This document shows positions 25,736 through 37,734 of a stretch of DNA of 64,000 nucleotides, piece after piece; positions within the stretch are counted from its first letter, which is position 1; every line of letters starts with the position of its first letter. Source of the DNA: Eledone cirrhosa. Taxonomy: Eukaryota. Below the pieces are notes generated by a model. The model was not told the origin of the DNA and made no database searches. It saw only the letters and a list, made by a program, of their open reading frames with translations. Where the stretch lies: the NCBI GenBank assembly GCA_964016885.1, contig OZ024742.1, positions 223,448,001 to 223,512,000 on the forward strand. The letters are read 5' to 3'. The position numbers and the translations under genes are program-made.

Positions 25736-27716
25736 ATGAAACTATCGAAACTATCTTTAAATCTAGAAAAAAATCCTCCATACAACAAACTCCTGGAGGA
25801 TTTTGAAACAGAAATGCTTAATATACTAAAGAAGATTAAATTCAGGAAAACCCCATATAAAGGTCACCAATACCTTAGAATTCTAAAGGAAAAAATCTCG
25901 GATATAAAAAAAGTTAATGAAATATTGGTGAAGTCTGACAAAACCAACAATTTATATGGGATAAATAAAGCTGAATATAATTATTTAATTTTAAAAGAAC
26001 TGCGAAAAAATTAAAGAAAAGCCCCGGCCGAAGATCTTATAGACATCAATAATGATGCATTTAAATTAATAGCCAAACTTGGAATTGAAGAAAGAACTGA
26101 GCCTTTTATACCTAGACAGCCGAGAATAAATTTTAAGGATCACAAGAGAAACTTTGAGGAAGACCTGCCAGTTAGACTGATAGCTCCATCTAAATCGGAT
26201 ATTGGAGTAATCAGTAAGAATATTATTGATAGAATTCTACCTACTCTAAAATTGAAGTCTAAATTGAGCTTATGGAAGGACACCAATGAAGTGATTGACT
26301 GGTTTAAAAATGTAGATAATAAGAAAAATCACAAATTCATCCAAATGGACATAGCAAGCTATTATTCTTCTATTACACCTAACCTATTAAATAAGGCTTT
26401 GTCTTATGCTTACAAACATACAGATCTAACTACGGATGAAATCAATATTATATTATCTGCTAGAAGAACTCTAATTAATTTCAACAATGAATATTGGACC
26501 CGTTCAGATAGAAATAGAAACTTTGACATTACCATGGGATCATCGGACTCAGCGCAGGTCACCGATCTTCTGGGGATTTTTATCTTAAATATGGTAATTA
26601 GAAAACTGCCGGAGATTACCGGTGGTTTATATAGGGACGATATTTTATTTACGGTTGTCAAACATAGCAATACAGAACTAAATAGGGTTAAGAAAACTAT
26701 AATTGAATTCTTTAAAAATTACGACCTTAAATTAGAAGTTGAAAGTAGTACCAAAATAGTTAATTTCCTTGACGTTACCCTTAACTTAAACTCAGATTTT
26801 TATTACCCTTTCCATAACCCCAATGAAAACTTAAATTACGTTAGCTATTACTCTAATCACCCTAAATCCATGAAAAACGCAATAGTCAATAGTGTACAGA
26901 AACGCATAACTAGAATATCCACTAATAAATCCATATTTGCTGAAAAAGCAGGATATTATAATGACGTGCTACGAAAGGCAGATTATAAAATAATTGTTTC
27001 TACTTTAGGCACAAGGCCAGCAATTACCAGTGCATTACTGGTACTTTATTTTATCGACCCCGTAAGGATGAAAGGCAAAGTCAACCTCGGCGGGATTTGA
27101 ACTCAGATGGTAAAGGGACGTAACTATGCTGGAAAGCATGGCGTCCGACCCTCTACCGATACTGCCAATCCACCGCCCTATAAAATAATATTGAATATAT
27201 AGATAATAATAATTTGATTTATGATCCTGATAAAAATAAGACTAACATATATAAACGAGATTCTAAAAATTATAATACAAACACCAGTACCGTGAATAAA
27301 TCGGGGGAAAAATCAGAACTAAATCAGTTATATGGTCTATAAATGCACCGTAAAAGCAAATAACATCACATACAACTATATTGGTGCAACTTCATCGACA
27401 TTTAAATCAAGATTTTCGAATCACAAATGCTCTTTTTCGAATCCTAATAGGAAATCTTCGACTTCTTTATCACAACTTATATGGTCGTTAAAAGACAAAA
27501 ATTAAAAATACTCGATTTCTTGGTCGAAGCTGTGTAATAGTCGAATCTACTTGAATTCTTCAATATCACCTAACTGCAATCTCTGTACCATGGAGACCCT
27601 ATTAATAATTACTAATTATGAAAATTTTATTAACAAAAAAGGGAATTATTCTCAAATTGCCTTCTTAAAGCTTCCTCTACATTCCAAGCCTCGCAAAAAG
27701 TCAGGAAAAAACACTA
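25736..27716 (+). pseudogene. Penelope-like RT plus GIY-YIG endonuclease, disrupted
   Basis: VKSDKTNN, FKDHK..RLIAPSKSDIG, FIQMDIASYY, FDITMGSSDSAQ, GLYRDD, VNFLDVTL, YVSYYSNHP. From 27332: MVYKCTV..YIGATSSTFKSRFSNHK..STSLSQLIWSLK..CNLCTME. Frameshifts near 26012 and around the SINE; stop near 27503. Confidence 0.88.
26995..27178 (-). mobile_element. Full-length SINE inserted in the Penelope ORF
   Basis: Perfect 11-bp TSD tataaaataat at 26984-26994 and 27179-27189. Confidence 0.92.
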
Positions 27717-28779
27717 AATAAATAGGTTCTAATTTTTTGACGTCTCTTATCAACTGAGTGCGTAAAACGTTATAACAGATTATAAAACCTTATAATAATT
27801 TTTATTCTTTTAAGATAAGATTAATGGGTTCTATATAGGTATATAAACATATAGATTGTTAACATGATCTCTTGATGAATATGCATATCATTTGATTGTG
27901 TAGATACAGTTAATTTGATTGAGATTCTTGTATTTTGTTTTTAAATATAGCTTATATCGTTAACAGTTCTAATGAACCGTAAATCATTTATGTATTTGTG
28001 TATCTATTCTTTTGGAGTATGTTAGTTTTACGATTCAGGATGTTTGATTTATATATTTATATTTATTTATATATATTTATGGTATATGCGTCGCACACGA
28101 TCCTAGTCGACAAACTTTTTCCACTTAACTTGATGTAAAACTTCAATTATAACTTTACTAACAATGATTGTATTTATTATTTATTACATGTATATGGATC
28201 ATTAATATCGTCTCGAGTTCCGAACAGAATACTCTATGTATATTTGGACAAATATATATATATAGTATAATAACATGCTTCTAGCTACACTTATAAGTAC
28301 TTTAGATACTTAAGGACATTCTAGTGTTATAATTGTTAAATATTTTCTAAATTATATAACGATTATTATTTTTTAATTTAATTAAATTCGGGTTATCTTC
28401 GGGTCAATGAAAATCTTAAGTTTTCTCTTTCCATGTTTGCAGACACTTTAAATATGATATTATACTACAATATAGATCCTTAAAAAATGTTCTTGTATTT
28501 TAAAATTATATAGCTTAGATATTTGGCACTTTTATGATCGCAAACAATTTACTTTGAATCTGGTTCTTATCCTTATGATTCATGAAGTTTGATTTTTTAA
28601 TTATAGTATATATGTATTACATGATCCTAATATAATATCCAAATTTTTTAACAATATTAACAGTAACTTATTTATTATATTATATTATGTTATGTATAAC
28701 TGACTAATATCGTCTTGAACTTTAGACAATATGCTTTTTGTATATATATTTAGACAAATGCAAATATTTAATATAATAA

Positions 28780-28955
28780 TTGTTTCTACTTTTGGCACAA
28801 GGCCAGCAATTTCCCAGTGTATTACTGGTACTTTATTTTATCGACCCCGTAAGGATGAAAGGCAAAGTTAACCTCGGCGGGATTTGAACTCAGAATGGCA
28901 AGGGCCGTAACTCTATGCGTCAAAGCATGGCGTCCGACCCTCTACCGATACTGCC
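28780..28955 (-). mobile_element. SINE (Meta-like)
   Basis: Same family, with aataat on both flanks. Confidence 0.85.
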
Positions 28956-29340
28956 AATAATACCCTTTTTTAAGTTTAATTATAAGGCCTTTAGATACTT
29001 TAAGGCATTCTAATTGTTAATTTTAAATTTTTTAAGTTATAACTGTAATTATTTTCTAAATTATATAATGTAAATTATTTCAATATAAAAAATTTTTTTT
29101 AATATAATATAAGATAATATAATTTAATATGGATTACCTTCGTGAGGATGAAAATATTAAGTATTCCTTCTCATGTTTGCAAATACTTTAAATATGATTT
29201 TATAAATTAAATATGATAGTATACTTTAATATTAATATAGATATTTATAAACTTTTATAGCCTGAAATATTATACATTTTGATTAATTCATTATTCTAAA
29301 CTAACATAAATGATTTGAAATTTAACGGTCAGCCGGATAC

Positions 29341-30393
29341 ATCATCATCATCACCGTTTTACGTCGGTTCTCCCATGCTAGCATGGGTTAGACGGGTTGT
29401 CCTGTTGTGGGCAGTCTCTGGTCGGCTGACCACGCCTTGCCCATAGAGGAACTGATTTTGGCTTGATTTCTACAGCTGGATGCCCTTCCTAACACCAACC
29501 TCATTTACAGTGAGTGCTGGGTGCTTTTACCGTGGCGCCTACACGTCCACTTTACAGTGTGAGCTGGGTGCTTTTTTGCCGTGGCACCTCCACGACCACC
29601 TTGCAGTGGGAGGGTGTGGGGGAATATTGTCTATATGCTTCATGGGAAGTTGGGTACTCTATATTACTGCGTGACGCCAGAGGTCACGGTCGTGTGTCAT
29701 CGCCTTTGAGAGGTGTAATTGGGTAACGTTGGCTTTTATCACCTCATCCCAGGTCTTCTTGGATCTCCCCACTCCACAGTTTCCATTGACTTCTAGCGCT
29801 CTGCACCTTTTTATGCAGCTGTCATCCTTCATACACATCACATGTCCATACCAACGCAACCGCCTCTCCTGCACACAGCATTTGATTCCTCTTATGTTCA
29901 GTCTCTCTCTCATTTATGCTTTGTCGTTCGCGTATATTACTATTACACATCCATCGGAGCATGCAGGCTTCGTTTCTTTCTAATCTACGTAAGTCTTCCA
30001 CCTTCAGCGCCCAGGTCTCACTACCATGTAACATTGCTGTTCGGATACACGCATCATACAGTCTGCTTTTCATTTTGAGGGAGAAGCCTTTTGCAGCTAG
30101 CAGTGGCAGTAGTTCCCTAAACTTCTTCCATCCCGTTCTTACTCTAGTTATTGTACTTTCTGAACACCCACCTCCGCTGCTAATTCGGTCACCTAGGTAG
30201 CAGAAGCTGTCTACTGTTTCTACAGAGCCCTCTCAGAGATTGGTGGTACTTGTTTCCTGTGGCTGTTTGCTGCTTGCTGTCCCAGCACAGCTGCTGCATG
30301 TGAAGCCTACATTCTTAATTAAGCTTCCTGAGATCCCGCTACATCTCTTGTGTACCCATTGTTTGCATTTGGGGCAGAGAATAGAGTTCCTAC
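29341..30393 (-). mobile_element. RTE 3' fragment nested in the Penelope 3' region
   Basis: Near-identical reverse complement of 16055-17110, with a (CAT)n tail at 29341. Confidence 0.93.
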
Positions 30394-30822
30394 GTTTGGA
30401 TATATATAGTGTAAATAATTAATTGTTAGTATATTTCTAATTAACTAAGGACTCGAAATTAAACCCTCATATAATTACACCCAGATATATTTAATATTTA
30501 GATTGATGGATACTTCTAGATAATTCAATAATTCAAAGATTCGAGTTTACTGTTTCACAAAGATATGCCTAAATGTATATTCATGTGTTTGTATAGATAT
30601 ATATAATTTTTGCATTATCTAATCACACCCTATTCATCCACGACAATACAATCCTCCCTCCCTATGCTTTATACTATAAAAATTATTACTCCTTGTCTCT
30701 CTATCCTTGATCAATTCTCTTTTGCTTTCTATACTTCTAGTAACTATATTTTCTCCTCATCTGTTTCTCTGTCTTTCTTCTTTCTTCAATAATTTAAATT
30801 ATTTGAATCTCTAACAGTCATG

Positions 30823-30886
<64 letters not shown>

Positions 30887-32369
30887 AACATGGACGTTAA
30901 ACGATGATGATGATATATACAATCAAGAATTTTCAGGGCTTTAATAATATAATTAACTTTCTCATTATTAAGCTGGTGTTTGGAATACAACATAAAGCTT
31001 CATACATAAAATTATATTATGATGGAAGGTTTTTAGATAGATATCATCATATAAACATTAAAATGATTAGCTTTATATTGTAGACTCAAGGCTGGTTTCA
31101 GGTGGTTTGGTATGAAAAGGATTAAGTATGTAGATGAGGTTTTAATGAATGGACATAACAAATACATTTTAAAGGGTATCCTTTCTAATCAAAAACATAT
31201 CAAAGATTTATTTTTATTTCTTATGCAGTTTTTCTAGCACACACACATACATTACTATTCTTTTCATATTCTCTTTCAGTGACTTATTTTTTATGTCTTT
31301 TGTACTCAGCATCCATTATGTTGAAACACTAATGGGTTCTTAAATCATTTGGATCGAATCTTATAATATACAATATAGTAATCCTATTAAGTGTAGACAT
31401 GACTGTATGGTTAAGGAGTTTGTTTTGAAACCATGTGGTTTCATGATCAATCTCAATGCATTGCACCTTGGATAAATGCCTTCTACTATAACCTCAGGTT
31501 GAGAGAAATTTAGGAGACAGAAACTACAGAAGCCCATTGTGCATGTGAGTCCATTTTTGTCTTTGTGTGTATGCCCCATACTATAGTGGTTCAACAAAAA
31601 GAGATCAATAAAATAAGGACCAGATTTGTAAAACATATTTATTGGGGTTTGCATGATCAACTAAATCCCTTCAAGGCAGTGCCCCAGCATAGCTGCTGTC
31701 TAATGACTGAAAACAATAACCCTTTAGCATTTCAACTGGCCATATCCGGCCAAAATTCTCTCACCCCTTTGTGTTTAAACTGGTTGTAATCAGCCACTCA
31801 TACTGATGTTAAGGTATTGTTCTCAAAATAAATAATATCAAAATCTTATAGATTTGATATTATGTGAGATAATTATGTGAGGTAAAGCCTTTACCATGAA
31901 AATATATTAGTAAATAAAGAGTAATGTAAATGCTAAAGGATTAAAAAAAAAAAACGAATAATCGTTATGGTAGTAAGAATAAAAAGGTAGTTTTATATTA
32001 TTGCTGTCAGGACTTTTATTGCTGTCAGGGCAGAAATAAGACATCCAGTATGTTAACTTATGCTTTATTAATCTATTATATATAGGTTACAGTAGAAAGA
32101 AAAGCTCCCGCATTACATTTCAAAAGGCCAGTATATACACACATAATTCCCAGCAAAGGAGCTGGGAATTCTGTAGGCTTGCAAGTGTATATAGAGATAA
32201 TGTACTGGTCTGATAGCCTTTCACATAGCCCCAATTAAATTAATATTAGTTTACAAAAGTTAATGTGCATGTATTTAAGTGGGTTGGGGGGGAAGGAAAG
32301 AAAATACGTGGACAGTTGTGGGCTAGCTCGTCAAATAGTTATTACTCAAATTAAAAATTGCAGTATATA

Positions 32370-32535
32370 GGTGTAGGCATGGCTGTGTGGTTAAGAAGTT
32401 CACTTTGCAACCATGTGGTTTCAAGTTCAGTCCTACTGTGTGGAGCTTTGGGCACATGTCTTCTACTATAGCCTCAGGCTGACTAATTCTTTATGAGTGA
32501 ATTTGCTAGATAAAAACTGTACAGAAGTCTATCAT
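32370..32535 (+). mobile_element. CORE-type tRNA SINE (related copies near 3560-3730 minus, 18152-18260, 31395-31530)
   Basis: ggcatggctgtgtggttaagaag A-box, gttcagtcct B-box, ctttgggcacatgtcttctactatagcc CORE-like block. Confidence 0.7.
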
Positions 32536-32870
32536 ATGGCTTTTCATTCCCCGTTATTTGACACTTTTAATGCAAGTGGTGATGTTTGTATTAGTTCAGC
32601 AGTTTATGTGCTAAGAGCAGTACTTTATTTTTTTTTAAAGTTAGCATCAGGAAAGCCATTTAGCTACAGAAAAATACTGCCTCAAAAATATCCTATCCAG
32701 CATGAAAAAGCCCATGTAAAAACAATGATGATAATGATTTGCTACAGAAATTCTAAGCATGTCTCGTGTTGAACAAATAGTTTAGCTTTTGAATTTTAAA
32801 AAAAAAATCGTTTTTCAGATTTAAAGCAGCAGTTTTAAATAGAGTGGTTAAATTTATGCAGTAAGATATA

Positions 32871-32900
32871 GCTTACCTGATAGATAAAAAACAAAATGAA
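32871..32900 (-). other. Candidate recursive splice site (AG|GT)
   Basis: Minus strand: ttcattttgttttttatctatCAG|GTAAGC. Confidence 0.35.
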
Positions 32901-35900
32901 ATATACACTCAAGAATTTTTGAGAGCCAAACACCCACTAACCACTAATCCAAGCCCCTCCACTATATACAGAATAAAATAATAGTTATAGCAAATAAACC
33001 AAAACAAATTTTCTTCCTAATTATATTAATTAATTTTAGACTAATTAAACAGAGTTAAATTAATTATACACTATTTCAATCTAGCGTTTGGGTTACAATA
33101 AAAACAATCCAGTTAAACCAATTAATTAATTAATTAACTATTTAATTAAAACTTTGTATCAAGATGAAAAATTCAATTTAATTCCTAGTAGTAATTCTTG
33201 TAATTTAGAGGCCTGAATAGGTGGCAAATTAGGAGGAACACTTTGTAGTATTTGTTTCAACTCTCTTCATTCTGACTTCAAATCTCACTATAGTCAACTT
33301 TGCCTTTCATCCTTTCAAGGTTAATTAATTAAGTGCCAATCAAAGGACAGTGGTAGCCATGTGTATCCAGTTTAGAATAGCTATTTGTAAGTAGTAACTA
33401 AAAGAGTTGGCACCAAGACAGGTGTCTCGCTGTAAAACACTGCTTTAAAAAAGAACTCCATGATGAGCATGCAGCCTTTAATATAGCTCACAAAGTTAAC
33501 CCCTGCTTTAGCTGTCAAAAATGGTCTTAACATTTTGTCACCATATTTCTTATAAAACATACTGTCAATGATTTTTAAATAGTTTTCAAAATAAACAAGA
33601 ATTTGTAAAGATTAAATAATATAACTTTCTCATTATTAAGATGGTGTTTAGCACATAACTTAAAGGTTCTTGCATAAAATTATGATGGGAGATTTTTTTT
33701 TAGAAAAATATAAGCACTTTAAAATAAACAGTTTTGTATCATAGAACCTAGAGAGGTTTCAGGTGGTATCAAAAGAATTAAAATGCTTGCTGCTGCATTC
33801 CAAGGGCATGGGATTAGTGAAATTTAGTTAAAGCATTGGATTGCAATTTTTGCATTATCTGATCCAGTTCTGTGTGTTCTGAGTTTAAACCCTGTTACCA
33901 GAAAAGTGGTGGCACTTCTACCAACAGGTAGTGTCAGCATTTGAAACACTAATGGAAGCATATTTACTTGGTTCAATCTTAGTATTGGTTTCTTTTCCAC
34001 GCTTTCATTTTGCACTCTGTAAAGTGGTTGGCAATTGAATGGTTACAATATGGAGTAGAGAGAACTCTTCACTCTTGCTGAGTTTATGGTAACACTTCTA
34101 ATGCTGGTGCCATGATAAAATGCACCCAGTACACTCTGTAAGTGGTTGTGTTGGTACCTCAATAAAATAAACCCAATACACTCTGTAAAGTGGTTGGTGT
34201 TAGGAAGTCATCCAGCCATAGAAACAAAGTCAAATATGGAACATGAGCAAAACATGGTTCTCCAGCTAGTCTAGTCTTGAACTGTGATGACCTGCATAAT
34301 CCATACCAGTATGGAAGGCAGACATATGATGATGATGAAGACAACCAGAAGTGAACCAGGTCTTAAAACCAGTTCAGGCATCCAGATGGCACTAAGGGCC
34401 TGAAGCATGATCTTACTTCTCAGCTAATGCAACACTAACAAAGGCTACAGGCTGCTGGGGACCTGAAGTGTGTTTTTATTGCTCAGCTAAAGCAACACTT
34501 CTGTTGACTGTTGAGGGCCTGAGGTGTGTTTCCACTGCATAGCTAAGGCAATACTGACTAACAGACTACTGACTGCTGAGGGCAAGAGACATGTTCTCAA
34601 TGTACAGCTAAGGCACATTCCATTTCCCTCTTTGAGAAACAGTCTTCATTTTTTAGCTGTTTTTTCCCCCTAGTCCAATGGCCTACCAGACATTGCCTAA
34701 ATGCCTGTATGGTTAGTTTGTTTATGAAGAGTAGTGATTCTCAAAATAAAAAAATATGTTTATCTCATTTTAGCATTCAGATGAATCTAAAAACCTAAAG
34801 TGACAATGAGATACAGATAGAGAAAGACAAGACCACTGAAATCAAGAAAACTAAAGTAACAATGAGACACAGACAGAGACAAGACTATTGAAATCTAGCA
34901 AACCAAAATGACAATGAGACACAAACAGAGAGACAATGAGACAACTGAAATCTAGAAAGCCAAAGTGACAATACGACAGACAGAGTGAAACAAGAACTAA
35001 AATATAATGAAAATAAAAGAAAAAAAGGTAACAGAAGTAGTTGACACAGACACATTTGAATTTTCAATGTTTATACAAGCACAAATGTGCAAGTGGGTAA
35101 CATGTAGAGAGACGCTTGTAAAGCTTAGTCCGTTTGACAGGCGAGATAATTAGCTACTGAATCCTGGAAGGAAACACATTGTAATAGGAACAGAGGTAGG
35201 GGGGAAAATAACAAGCAGCATTTAATCTATGTCATATTGTTGTTATTCCAGCACTAAAAATACTTTTAGGGGACAAACAAAAGCCAATTACTTCAATTAG
35301 ATTTTTTTAAGACTCAACAGTGGCCACATTTACTGAAATCTTACATACAAACAGCAACCTCATTTTCACATAAAACCTATCTTGTTTTCTTCTTTAACCT
35401 TTTTGTTACCATATTTCTAATGACATAAGGGTGGTGGATTTGCAGAATCAGTAGAGCATCTGACAAAATGCTTTGCAACATTTGGTTATGGCCTTTTATG
35501 TTCTGAGTTTTTCTGAGTCCTTCCAAGGTCAATTCTACCTTTCAGGGTCAATAAAATAAAGTACAAGTGATGTACTGGATTGATTTAATCGGTTCCCCCT
35601 CTCCCCAAATTGCTGGCCTTGTACTTATACAAAGAACAATATTTTTTATTAAATACACTGTAGTTTAGTTAATTAATAAAGAATTTGGAGAATATATTAT
35701 TTCATTATTAAGATAGTATTTACAAACTAACAAAACCAAAGGTGGTAGTGGTTCTTTTTCTTCTCCCACATATTCCTGAGAGGGTCATGAGGGCAGAATC
35801 CATAAACACTCCTTCCAGAAGCAACTGTCTCCAGCTGCTCTGGCTGGATCCCCAAGCTCATGGATGTTATCCAACCATCTTGCTCAGGGTCTACTCCTGG

Positions 35901-36400
35901 GTCTCATGCCAGATGGTTTTTGCCCGTAAAAATCTGTCCAGTGATTCTTGATTCTTTCCCGAGACATTCTAACCACATGCCCATAATATCAGAGCTGTGA
36001 TCGTTGTAAATGGTCATTTAAATAGGAATCTTTTAAAATGTGTGGGATTGTTTCATAGAATTTGAAGCAGTTTAGGCCAGGTTGATATAAAAGCAGTTAC
36101 CCTTTTTATACCAAACTGCATCTATTTCTATGATAAAAAGCTGTTTATTTTAAAGTGCTTATCATCGTCATTTTATGTCCTTTTTCATGTTGGCATAGAT
36201 TGGATAGATCGTCATCGTATGAGGATAGATAGGTCACGTAACGACATCATGCTCATAAGTTCCATTTATGACATAGTTTTCACGACTGGATGACTTTCTT
36301 AATTCCAGTGTGTATTGAGTGCATTTTATCATGGTACCAGCACTACTACTTTACAGAGTGTACTATAAAAGGGAATGTTGTGTGTGTGTGTGTGTATGTG

Positions 36401-36470
<70 letters not shown>

Positions 36471-36584
36471 TCAAGCATTAAACTAATATATTTCTTCATT
36501 TTACTTTGTTATTTCTATTTACTTTTTATACACACACACACACGTGTGTGGGTGTGTGTGTGTGAGCTATAAATAAAAAAATTT

Positions 36585-36615
<31 letters not shown>

Positions 36616-37523
36616 TTCTTCATTTTACTTTGTTATTTCTATTTACTTTTTATACACACACACACACCCACACACGTGTGTGTGTGTATGTGTAAAAAAA
36701 TGTAATTTATAGCTCACAGTTTTGCAGGTTTAGCCTGTCTCCTTTGAGGTTGCTTCTTATTGGAGGTTTCTTCAGTGTTTTAATGATAGGAGACCCAGGA
36801 CCTACCATGGAAAGCAATGTGAAATGAAGCATCTTGCTCAAGAACACAACTTGTCACCTAGTACAGGAATCAAACACATGACTTTATGATTCTGAGTCCA
36901 GCACCCTAACCTCTAGATTAACAAAAGTTTAGCAAATAAAAATAAAATACAAAAAAAAAAAAACCAGAAACCTGTCACATATGTGTGTGCTTACGTTTGT
37001 GTCTGTGTTTATCAGTTTGAAAAGAAAATAATTGAGAGATTGATGGAATAAGTACCAGGCTTGAAATAAATACATACTGGGGTTGATATGATCAACTAAA
37101 TCAAGGCAGTGCCCCAGCATGGTCACAATTCAATGACAGAAACCAGTATAGGTATAAAAAAAAAAAAAGAATAACTAAATGTGTTTTGATTTATTCTGAT
37201 ATTCCATGTCAAATATCCACAATAGTATATAGTGGCATGCAACCAGCCATAAAATGTCCCATTATCCTCCTGACCAGATACAAAGTAAGACAGTGAGCAA
37301 GCCATTCACTATAATATATAATCACAGCAAGACTTTACTGAAAAACTACTACTGTGCCAATTGGAAGTGATGAATGCTTCTGAGACAACCTTATTACTGG
37401 GTGAGAGATTTATCACCAACATTAGCTTAAAAACCTTATCTGAGTTTATATATATATATGTATATATATATATATGTGTGTGTGCGCACGCATATATATA
37501 TATATAAATATATATATATATAA

Positions 37524-37594
37524 CCTGTTTATCACAGTGTCTTCAGACTGATGACCCTGTTATAAACAGGCGAAACTCCAAAGTAACAAGAGTC
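37524..37594 (+). ncRNA. Hammerhead core with a fold-back 5' duplication
   Basis: CTGATGA (37548-37554)-ccctgttataaacaggc-GAAAC-tc...ga-GTC. 37524-37546 is an inverted copy of 37548-37570 with 3 mismatches. Segment lies between TA runs. Confidence 0.65.
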
Positions 37595-37734
37595 ACTATT
37601 TAGCCTTAATAGAATAAATATTAAAATTCTACTTCAGTATTGAGTACTCTTTTCTCTCAGACGTCAACCTCATACAGATATATATATATATATATATGAT
37701 ATATGCATATATTGATAGATATTTACGTATATAG

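Larger units (their letters stand above)
24995..30825 (+). mobile_element. Penelope-like retroelement: inverted 5' pseudo-LTR, RT, C-terminal GIY-YIG, 3' pseudo-LTR
   Basis: 25372-25739 is the reverse complement of 30467-30825. Bounded by (TA)n on both sides. Interrupted by two SINEs and an RTE. Confidence 0.88.
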
